Part shown: piece after piece, positions 1 through 10,262 of the stretch | Layout: every line of letters begins with the position of its first letter | Numbering within the stretch: position 1 is the stretch's first letter | Source: Paragordius varius | Taxonomy: Eukaryota; Animalia; Nematomorpha | Assembly: GCA_964247055.1 (NCBI GenBank) | Contig: OZ176052.1 | Location: 1,674,001 to 1,738,000 of the forward strand | Length of the DNA: 64,000 nt | Direction of reading: 5' to 3' | Program-made: the position numbers and the translations under genes | Notes under the pieces: model-generated | Database searches by the model: none | Seen by the model: only the letters and a program-made list of their open reading frames with translations | Told to the model about the DNA's origin: nothing

Positions 1-730
1 ATCGGCAAGTTCATAAAGATGTCTTTCAATAATTTTATGTCTCTTATCACTAAAACCATGTTTAATGCCCCATTTTATTGCTGTTTCCATGGCATATTTT
101 TTTGCGGTCATATAGTCATCTCTATATTATAATAAGTTTATATTTAAATTTTCGAGCTTTTGCTTTTATAAGGTATATATCATTAGATTTAATATTGTAG
201 AGACTTTATGTACTTTGTCTAATATATGACATAAAAGATGCAAAGAATATAAATTAAAATTTACTTATTTTTTTAATTAACATAGAAGCTTCTTCCCGCT
301 CATTTTCCTTAGTGTTCGTTAATGTTATATTGGTTAGCACCTTAATAATATCAAAATAACGATATTTTGTTGATAAAAGAGACGTTTACCTTCCAGCCCA
401 ACGAGTGTGGGATTTAATTTTTTTAAAACTTAAGATTCCTGAGTATAACTTCTAAAAAAGTACCATCCTTTTATACTGTAGCCAAAAAATGTATATGTTA
501 CCTCCAGAGTTGCCAAAAAATCGGATGCTTCTCAACAAGATTTAATAGAATCATTTATAACTAAATTTAGATTATGAGCGGCAGAATGAACAGAAACTGC
601 CTGGGGCTGATCCTTTCGCACTCAAGATTGTACTCCATTGTAAGCTCCGCTCATAAAACTGACTCCATCCTAACCTTGGCCTATACATTTATCTAATGTG
701 ATAAATTATAGTTTTTAAAGATTTTTTATC
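1..730 (-). pseudogene. Decayed hAT-superfamily (ZMYM1-like type) transposase fragment, runs off the left edge
   Basis: Manual minus-strand translation gives LDKCIGQG*DGVSFMSGAYNGVQ, VHSAAHNLNLVIND, SHTRWAGR, HILDKVHKVSTIL and AIKWGIKHGFSDKRHK. These match the hAT GQGYDGA, CxxH-LNL and TRW blocks in the expected order, with several in-frame stops and frameshifts. Confidence 0.85.
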
Positions 731-1907
731 ATATTATTTAATAATTCATATGCCATTCAATCATTACTACAAATCTGTATATAAAAAAAGTTATAATTTT
801 GGGTCCCCGCAAAATAGAAAGGTGTCCTAAATTTGATATAAATATTAAGGGCCCCTGTTTTGCCTTGGTCCCCCGAACTATTTCCCCACACTGCTGATGT
901 GTCCCAACAAAGATGAAACGCGTCTAACAATATGGTACGTAATAAACACTGTCCTCTTTAAAATTTTCATTTCATAAAGCCACCAATTGCCTGATAGGAA
1001 GTATTATAACTTCTAATTGTATGGTAGCCTATAAATAATGATTCCATACTATGTTGTTGTTAAAAATAGAGATGGCGTCTTTTACCTTAGGATCTATATG
1101 AGCACAACAATATATTATAATATTACTAAATTTGCTGTTGAATTGTACTAATATGTGCAAAAACATAAAATTTGATAAGATGCTTGGACAAAAACTTATT
1201 TTTATATACTTATGCCATTGATAGCACAAATATAATCAAAAATTCTATTCGAGAAATTGATGAATTTTTTCAGCGAAAACAACTTAAACTTAGACCCAAT
1301 TAAATTCCTTTGAACTGTGTTTAGCATGGAATTTTTTAAAGAATATATAAGAAATATGTGTATAGGCTACTGAGGAATCTTTTATAAATTGTATTAAAAT
1401 CAAATCCAATATCTTAATAAAGATTCTCTGCTTGTATTACTTAGATATGAACATATTCCTATGACATTGACCCAAGTGGTTAGAAATATAATTATATGTA
1501 TAATCATCTGCTCTAAGATAAAATTTCGAAATATGGCTGTTTTACTAAATAAATAAAAAATATTTACCAATTCCTAATATACTCGAATACGTATAATTCA
1601 ATAATATGGGTATTGCTATATTTCAAATGGAACTGTGGTTATCGAAAATATGGCTCTTTCACTAAATAATTACCAAAAAAAGTTTACTAGTGGCAAGTAT
1701 TCTAAATATTTTCCGATTAAAAAGAAAATAAATGATTAATTAAATGTGATGGTAAATAATAAAAAATATTATGAAAAATTATATGAAAATCAATATTTAA
1801 CTTTTACTTTTTAAAAAATTTTAACATTTACATTGCCACTAAAAAATTAAACTTTTTTGCAAAATTATTTTTTTCCAAAATTTTGAAAGAGCACATATAT
1901 TTTTCAA

Positions 1908-1949
1908 GGAGCCACAAGTGGCTACTGAACCACCTGTTGGATACCCCTT
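1908..1949 (-). mobile_element. hAT-type terminal inverted repeat (AGGGGTATCCAAC on the minus strand), possible 5' end of the fossil hAT element
   Basis: The plus strand reads gagccacaagtggct...gttggatacccct. This resembles the CAGGGGTGTCCAC/CAGGGGTGTTCAAC ends of the MITE at 21327-21598. The partner TIR is not visible in the window. Confidence 0.4.
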
Positions 1950-3784
1950 AGTAAGCGGCCGAATAAAGCATTTTCTTTGTCTAGGGTCCTACACTTTGTA
2001 ATACCGACAAATATTGCACGGTTGTGTGACTCATAGCTTAAAGAAATTATTTAAGGCCATAAAAGCATATTTAGGGCTACATTTGGTAGGGGGCCGCGAT
2101 AGTACCACTGCTATAGATGTTACAAAACTGTAAATATGAAAGTTATTTGTCTAATTTATCAAACATTTTAGGTTTTAGGATAAATTACCCTAGAATCTAT
2201 TTATAATATACATATTAAAACAGTGAATAATATATGTCAATCTAATATAATATTTTTTTCAAACGTGACTCAATTTGATATAATTTAAACAAAATGCCTA
2301 AAAGCAAAAAAAGTTCGTAAGCTATTGTCAAAATATTTTAAATTCCACACTGACCGTAATAAATGACATGCTAAATTATATTTTCATAGAAAATCTATCG
2401 AGATTTTGTGGTGCAATTATTGGACCAAATTTGGACAACTTTTGGTGTAGCTTTCTATACCATTTTTAGAAAATAGCGATTAAGTCAACTGCTTTTTCGC
2501 GAAAAATACATGAAGTTGCCTAAACTTTTTCTGGAAACGTCTAAACTCTGTAAAATGGAAGATTATTCACTTCTTTTTAAATGCGCCGACTATAGTCGAT
2601 CATCTTTTTTAAATGGACCATCCATTAAGCCTTACACTTGTGAAAATAAGGTTGAAAAAGATAAGTCCAGAAAATAATGTCTTAAGATCTCGAAAACGTG
2701 TGAGCCCATTCAAACTCAGTCTTGGAAAATTTTTATTTAATTATTTATAAATGCCCAGACTATCACCTTTTTATAGCCAAAAACTCCATCTAGTCTGAAT
2801 AAAAGGATTTTGAAAAATAAAGTCTCCAAGAATCATGTCTTTTAAACAATATTCTGAAAAACGTGCAATCAAAATTAACTTTTTTATTAATGTGTCTAAC
2901 ATATTCGGCTATTTTAATTTTAATCCGCTTTCCCGTAAAATAACATTTTTTCCACTATAATATAAATCTCAAAATAAATATGAAGCAATTTTGCCCAGGT
3001 TAATAGATTATAACAAGACAATAGTGTTATTCCCTATATAAAGCTAAAATTTTAAACAGGGCGCTTTTTCCAATTACGGACCGGTTAGAGGGCCATCCTA
3101 TGTCGAATAGACCACCATATGAAAATAACAGTCTTTGAAAGCCATATAAACCTATGAAATCAATTTAAGAAAAAAATTTTACGCCTCTTAAAATAGTTGT
3201 TAGGTAGGGCTCTACCCTTTCTAAAATAGGCCACCATATAAATAACGAGGATTCAAAGCTGACTTTTAGGAAACATGGGGGACCATATGGATTAAAAATA
3301 ATTTTATTTATTTCTGATTTAAGGAAAAAATTTATGTTAAGGGCTTTTTCAACCATGGCTAAGGCCCATCGTATAATTATACGCATCCAAACAGATAAAT
3401 CGTTTTAAATTGTTTTGTCTTGTCTGACCTATTATTTTGCTAAGATTAAGTCTTATACATATATCTACGCAGTTCATGAGTAAAGGAATCTCTGTCGATT
3501 CGATTATTTTTTTTTTAAAAAAAGGTTGATGCTCACCATGTAATACTTTGTAAATTGACATTTTTATGGACACTTTATAAAAATAAAATGAAATCATCTA
3601 TCTAAATATATACCTATATCATAACCTCTATAATTATATATATATATATATAGATATATATGTGATAATTATTATCAATAATATAATTGAATATTAAGCA
3701 ACAATCATATTATAAACTTCATTTTCAACTTAAACATTCTAAATTTATTTTAACATCACTAATATCCTTATTTAAACTTTCATC

Positions 3785-6182
3785 ATGACTTTCTGGATTA
3801 GAAAGAAGAGAAATGGCGAAAGAAAAGCGAACGGGAAAGGTTTTAAATTTTTTATCATTTTAACAAAGCAAAAGAAAGAGTTATTCTAATTTCACGATTG
3901 AAATTATTATGTAATTTACCTATTTAATCATTTTTTCAACCTAATACAGTAAAAAGCCATGATGTATACAGTTTGAGTAAAATATGCATTGCTAGTTTTT
4001 CTTAATTGCCAGATAACACATATCGATAGCATAGAGAAATATTATTTGAGTAATGTGATGCGCTTTTCACAGCTATTAACCAATAATAAAGCTCTTTGCT
4101 GTTTCGTCTGACAACAAAAAACTGGCAACTTTCGTTAACTCATATGGCATAATTCGTTTAATGAATCTTTAGATTCGTCTATGCAAAAAAACGAAACATT
4201 TTACTTGTCTAAGTTTTTCTCTACTAACGATTTAATAAACCCAAAATGGCTGTTTACACATCTTAGCTTAGAGATATTACATGATAACTAGTAAAGATAT
4301 TTAACAATGTCGAAAAAAGTAATTGCTAGGCAAAAACGGGATAACGAAATAATTCTTTATTCCTTAAATAAAATTTATATTTTAAAATTGATTTTAAATC
4401 AATAAATTATTAAACTCTTTATTTCAATAAATTTTTATATAATTTAAAGATTATCCCTAAAAAACTTTTTACCAATTTTTAACTGTTTATTATAAAAACA
4501 TAATATATTTTACTGCTAATTACTATAAGGACTAGGTCAATGGTAAAACTTTTAGAATGCAACAATCAAATAGATTATACTTTTACTAAAAATTTTAATT
4601 TTTATCAACATCGCTTATTAATGAAAAATATTTTTGCTAATTGGATTCGAAAGAACGAATATAAAGAAAGAATAGTTATTGGACAAGGTTAATATGTTTT
4701 AAACTACAAATTTTTATAAGATATTCCATAGTTTAAAATACAAAATTTAATTTTAACGGACATGATAGTGTTTTTAAATAAAATTCTATAGACAAATTGT
4801 ATGTAAAATTAGTTAGTTATTTTATATTTATTATATAGTGTGTTGAGTAAAATCAACATATAATTGATCTAAATTTATTGGGTTTAAGAAGAGAAAATTT
4901 TCAAATAACAGTAACTAGTCTTAAGGTTTATACTAACGTCATACACTGTAAATTTCGATTCAAAAAGGGTATTAAGGCAGCATCTTGGTATTTGGATAAG
5001 TTTTTAAAATAAAATTTAATTATTAATTTGTAGATTTGAAGAAGTGGTGGCATCGTGTATTCGCTTGTTTTGGAAAGACGAAAGAGGAGGACGCTTTGAT
5101 TGGTAAGTAAATTAGTATTTTGCTTGGACCATATTAAAGTTTATAAAACATGCCATTAATAAATTAATTTGATAAAAAAAGTTGAATTTGCATTTAGCTC
5201 TTTCAAGGGCAAAGGTAAATAATAACTAATATTTTTGAATGGTGATGATTGATGAAAATTACTTTTTATTTTAATATGTGTACATTATATCTTTAACCAA
5301 AATAAAAATATGTTACTCTCGGCTTGAAGATCAAAATTTAGCTATGTAGATTCAGTTTTTAAAGTGAAATGTGGTAATTTTTATTACAAAACCAATTTTT
5401 CTCTGCATAAATTAGTTGTTTGTCCGCCTGGTAAGCCTGATGCGCTTCAAAAGAAATCCAACATTAAGGGCCGAAACGGATGCAAAAATGGTATTTTATA
5501 CATATTTTTTTAATAAAATATATTTTGTTTAAACCTATAATGATAATAAATGTAATCTAGATACTATTTGAGCCCATTTAAAATTAGTATCAATGTCAAA
5601 TTATGCATATAATTTATTATACTAGAACTAAATATCCCAAAAAGAGTGGTTTTCAATGAAGACGTTGAATATTTCCGTTGGACTCCGACTTCCCCTGTCG
5701 GAGAACTGTTCTATCCAGAACCTAGTTGGTCAGAAATCAATGCGATAGAAAGCGATAATTCATGCGATGAAGATTGTGCTTCGCCTGAAATAAACGGTAA
5801 TAAAATATTTCGAAACATTTTTTTCAACACCGAGATTAATGCAAAGAGCAATCATTATTATCGATATTGCTACAAATATTCAATTAAATGTAGAAAAAAC
5901 TGTTCCGAAAAGAACAGTAAGATTCAATGACGAACCTCAGTATTTTACATGGACCCCTTCACCTTGTGATGAGCTGTCTCTAGATTCAGGCTTACCAGGA
6001 ATAGCTTTGTTGGAATGCAAGGGTGGTACATGCGATTATGAACCTGTGGTGACTGATTGTATTATTCGAGAGACATACAGTAAGTTTTAAATAAAAACAA
6101 TTATATCATTAAAACAATATAATCAAACATTTTACTTATTTTTTGATGTTTAGGGCTTTTTTATTTGGAGACCCGTGTATGA
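3785..6182 (+). CDS. Unnamed ~194-aa protein with two RVxF (PP1-docking) modules and C-terminal ETRV, copy 1; spliced
   Basis: Exons 3785-3839, 5034-5102, 5416-5490, 5626-5796, 5894-6079, 6154-6182. All introns are GT-AG and phase 1, and the joined frame is open to TGA (585 nt). Exon lengths are identical in copy 2, with synonymous differences in this frame. Contains KRVVFNEDVEYF, KRTVRFNDEPQYF and LETRV*. Confidence 0.8.
4621..4687 (+). CDS. Probable alternative first coding exon of the RVxF gene, copy 1 (MKNIFANWIRKNEYKERIVIGQ)
   Basis: Runs from ATG to a phase-1 GT donor that is in frame with exon 5034. An equivalent exon is retained at 37946-38015. Confidence 0.55.
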
Positions 6183-6199
6183 CGTTGGTTGGTGTGTTT

Positions 6200-7780
6200 A
6201 ATGAATTCAAATATCAAACACACATTATATATATTTTATGTATCATCATTTATATATATAATATATTCTATTTCTATATTCCATATATTCATATTTTTAC
6301 TATCATTCTTATTCTACAAAATACATTCCATTACATCATACCTCAACTCATCTCACCTAACACATACACACCCACACACATCACATGTCCTACTTTTGAC
6401 ATGCTTTTTTATATTTTACCCATCCTTACATTGCATCAACATACATATCTTCCATTCTCTATCCTTACAAATTCACCCAAGATTTATATTCATCATACTA
6501 CACTCACCTTACATAAAAACATCACCTATATTCTATCTATTTTTGGACACGCTATCTTTTATTCTATATTTAAATTAATTTTTTTATTATTAAAATATAT
6601 TCCCTTATTTTATATCAAAACATGTCCATTCTCCATCCTTACAAAATCACTTAAATCATCACATCTCTCTACCTTACATAAACATCTTCAAACTCACCAT
6701 TCATCACATATTTTTATTCTCTTTGATTATATTCCCTTACATTACATCAACACACATCTCTTACCACCATCTCACCTCATCTTACCTCTTACATATAACA
6801 AACTCATCACATCTATCCATGATTTTTTGGATACTATATTTTTATTTTTATACCATAAATAGATTTATTTTTTATTTTGATTAAATTTTATTCCCATATT
6901 ACCTTAATTTACATCAACACATGTTATACGAAATCCCTCTCATCACACTCTCACCTTACAACTCATGAACCCACATATCACATCACCTCTCTCCAATTTA
7001 CTCTTTCTTTCACCATATCTTTATATTTGATTAATATTTTTTTAATTTTACATACCTATCTTCACAAAATCACCTACCATTTACCATTACACCGCACCTC
7101 ACCTTACATATACATCATCAAAAATCTCATTTTTGGATACTTTTTATTATATATGAATATATTTTACTTTATATTCCCTCATTTTATATTCCAATATTCC
7201 CTTGCTTTACATCCCTATTTTTACAAAATCACCTCACCTTACATATACATCATCAACCTCATCAAATCTCATTTTTGGACACTTCTTATTATATATGAAT
7301 ATATTTTTACTTCAAATTCCCTTATCCTTACGATATACCTAACATTTATCATCACACCTCACCTTACATTTACATTGTCAAACTGAACACTTTTGAATAC
7401 TTTTTATTTTATATAAAAAATTTTTAATTATTCCCTTACTTTATATTCCCATTTTCCCCCTTACATTTTCCAAAATATCCTAACATCTATTGTCGCATTA
7501 AACATCACCTTACATCTCACACACTCATTACATCATCTCTCCTATTTACTTTTTAACCATTTTCATTTTTTATATTTGATATTTTATTATTTTATTAATT
7601 GATATTCCCATATTCTCTTACATTACATTAACACATCTCCAAACTCTTCCTTCCTATTAAATCACCCAACATTTATCATCACACCTCACCATACATATAC
7701 ATTCTCAAACATCTCACATTACTCAAACTATTTTTCCCAAAACTTACATTAACCAACCCTTCCAAAATGCTTTACAACAT
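6200..7780 (+). repeat. G-depleted degenerate tandem array (~120-147 bp units), copy 1; probable 3' UTR
   Basis: Sampled 60-nt lines have 0-2 G (6661-6720: 0 G, 18 C). Recurring anchors are ttttggatac/ttttggacac (6541, ~6825, 7131, 7272) and ctcaccttac. Confidence 0.9.
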
Positions 7781-7840
7781 CTTTTATTATAATGTTTTTT
7801 AAATATGTATTAGTTAATGATTTTGTTACATAATATTGTA

Positions 7841-7846
7841 AATAAA
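7841..7846 (+). promoter_or_regulatory. Candidate polyadenylation signal for the RVxF gene
   Basis: First AATAAA I found after the stop. It lies just past the G-free array and is conserved at 41524-41529. AATAAA is common by chance in AT-rich DNA, and an ATTAAA lies at 6589. Confidence 0.4.
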
Positions 7847-8816
7847 TTTTTTTGATTTTGTTATAATTAAATTTATATGATATAATCAGTTTTGGATGTC
7901 TATCAAACATCGAGTCACTTTAAAATCGGAACTGAGATTGGATTGCAATTAGTTTGATATTTTTTTTGTTTAAGTGATTATTCTCAATATAGAATTTATA
8001 TAGGATTCAAACCAAAACCGTTTATAGAACCTGAGCAATTAGTTTTTTTATAAATCGTTTTAACCACGGTATCGTTCTCTAAAAACAAATATAATTTTAA
8101 AATAATCGTTGTTTAAAATTTAAATTTTGTTACCTATTTAACATTTGTTATGAAAGTATTTTTATGTCTGTATTTTAAAAGAAAATTGGTTAATGAATCT
8201 TGAAATAGATATCTATAGGTTAACACAACTAAAAAGAAATTAAATAAAGAAAAATAATAGAAATGTAGAGAATATTTTATACAAAGTTTCCCAATAATGA
8301 AAAATATGTTAAAAAAGGAAATTTCAATTTCAAATGAAAAATACTTCGCAATAATATTACCTTTAACGAAAGGCATCTATCTTAATGACAGTGTTGGGAA
8401 AAAATAAAACCCAATTATTATTGACAAAAAAATGGAACCAGAATTAAACTTAAGAGCGGCTTACTAAATCATTTGATCAAGAACCGTTTTATATCTTAAC
8501 TCCCGGAATCAAAAAATTGCGAATTCAATCCCAAAGCATCAGTCCATTTATTGTTTTAAATATATTCTCATTGAGTCCTATAAAATGGTTATGATAATAT
8601 CTTAAAATATCTTTTTTGTGGTAAAAATATTAAATACAAAATATTTCAATTTGAATATGTATTGTAAAAAAAAATGTTAAAATAATATAACGGCCTTTTT
8701 TTGAGGTAAAACTTATTTAGGGAAACCCTCCATTTTCATATTTATATAGGCATCTGATTTTAAAACATTTCGCATGGTTTGCCGCCTTATAATTTAGTTA
8801 AACTCAGAAAGATATA

Positions 8817-9004
8817 TAGTATGCATTTTAATGGTTGCTTATTTCACACTATATTTGGGCAATTCGCAACACAGTAGGCGTATGGAAAAAAGACAGAAAA
8901 AAATTGTTATTCAACATTTTGTTGTTTTTCCATACACTACTATTTTGGAAATTGCCCATCTACATACAATGTGAAATAAGCAACAACCATTAAAATGCAT
9001 ACTG
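8817..9004. mobile_element. Palindromic MITE family A (Tc1/mariner-like, TA-flanked)
   Basis: TIR (c/t)agtatgcattttaatggttgcttatttcaca with its inverse at the other end, a largely palindromic interior and TA flanks. Other copies at 17050, 42535, 50729 and 52925. Confidence 0.85.
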
Positions 9005-9586
9005 TATATTAAAAAAAGCCCGGCCATAATTTAAATAATCCAAAAAATTAACGCAGAAAATATATAAAAGTTTCTGGAGCTTTTTATATCCAATCCTATT
9101 TCTAAATTGGTCAAGCCCAAATTGATTTGATAGTTTATAAAAAAAACTGACTTTTAATAAGTTCTTAAAGTTTTGTTACGCTAAATGGTACCATGCAAAG
9201 ACTATATATCAAACCCCTTATCGCAAACCATAGTCAAAATCTAGCTCATTCTATATATAAATATTGCGTAAAAACTTATTTTTTTATCATAAGATATAAG
9301 ATGAACTTCATCGAAATGGCACAATAATTCTGTTAAATCCGTATCGAAATAGAATGCATGGGACATTTGTCACAAATTTTTTACGATTTATTGTAATAGC
9401 TTTGTGGAAAAAAATAAAATTATTTTTAATATTTTTACATGCAAAAATCAAAATTTAACAAAAACCTAAAAAGGGTAATTTTCACAACAAGGTAAAAATG
9501 GCCAATTCACAAAAACTTGGTACCATAAATTGTTTTTAGTTTGGTGTCTTTGCTAGGTTTAAAGCCATTTCCAATTCAATAATGTA

Positions 9587-9829
9587 CCGTAAAAATTGAA
9601 ATTATAGGGACAAAACGTAAAAATATAAAGATAATATTATTTTCCAAAAGACAACCACACTTTTTTATTTTTATTCTTTTAATAATAACTGATTTTTTAC
9701 TAGTTAATTGGTATCAATTAATGAATGTAATTGAATGAAGGATAAATTATGGTTTAAAAAGATATGGTTGTCTTTTTATAAAAAAACTTGTCTTTAAACG
9801 TTTTGTCCGCATAACTTCAATTTTTACTG
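9587..9829. mobile_element. MITE family B (TIR CAGTAAAAATTGAAATTATACGGACAAAACGT)
   Basis: Long imperfect TIRs at both ends. Related copies at 13589, 28320, 43282, 44795, 47424 and 62385. Confidence 0.85.
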
Positions 9830-9855
9830 CACTATTTTTTGGTTATATATACTAA

Positions 9856-10145
9856 TAACACCTCGAATTCCCCCCTGAACATTTTAGATTCACCCTTGAA
9901 CAATTCAAATTGACCCACAAAGATTTCAAATTAAAAACAATATGTTATAAAATTAAAAATACCTATATTTAGTTATTCAAACAAAAATAAGTTTCGTTAT
10001 AATTGACGTAACCCTGAATAATATGATAGACTACATAAAAAAGAAAAATTTTACATTAACACCGAGTCAAATTAACCCCCAAAAATATAATTAATTTTTA
10101 GGGTGAATTTTAAATGAATAGGGTAAATTGAGGTGTAAATGGTAT
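9856..10145. mobile_element. Foldback/MITE family C (ACCATTTACA terminus, 21-bp subterminal repeat ttcaaattcacccttgaacaa)
   Basis: Inverted arms ending tgtaaatggt; abuts a family B element. Confidence 0.75.
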
Positions 10146-10216
10146 ATTTCAATTAATTATGTTATTAAAAAAGGCACAATTTTCCGTTGACAAATTAGAT
10201 TCTGATAACACATATA

Positions 10217-10222
10217 TTTATT
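10217..10222 (-). promoter_or_regulatory. Candidate polyadenylation signal of the BIG3-like gene
   Basis: AATAAA on the minus strand ~40 nt after the stop; conserved at 43947-43952. Confidence 0.45.
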
Positions 10223-10262
10223 TAAGAAAACAGTTTTAAATATACATTTTGTAAACATAATA

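Noticed and set aside
1029-1229. 66-aa minus-strand ORF (and 3165-3597 ORFs)
   Set aside because: No recognisable motif, no counterpart in the duplicate, and the size is expected by chance or from TE debris.
5646-6090. Two separate overlapping ORFs in the track (also 38871-39337)
   Set aside because: They are exons 4 and 5 of one spliced gene joined by a GT-AG intron (5797-5893).
6143-7386. Long plus-strand ORFs (239, 129, 169 aa; also 39365-40241) rich in His/Ile/Tyr/Thr
   Set aside because: Absence of G removes TAG/TGA stops and inflates ORF length. The ORFs overlap in several frames and are frameshifted between the two copies.
6200-7780. Array as a repeated-exon minus-strand gene or U12-type introns (GTATCC on the minus strand)
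   Set aside because: A test translation of one unit had stops in all three frames, and GTATCCAAAA lacks the TT of the U12 donor consensus.
7880-8480. Conserved intergenic blocks as hidden exons
   Set aside because: Candidate frames were short, stopped in one copy or showed no clear synonymous bias. Unresolved but unsupported.
9587-10145. Foldback elements forming a dsRNA hairpin in the BIG3 3' UTR
   Set aside because: A conserved AATAAA lies ~40 nt after the stop, before these elements, so they are probably outside the mRNA.
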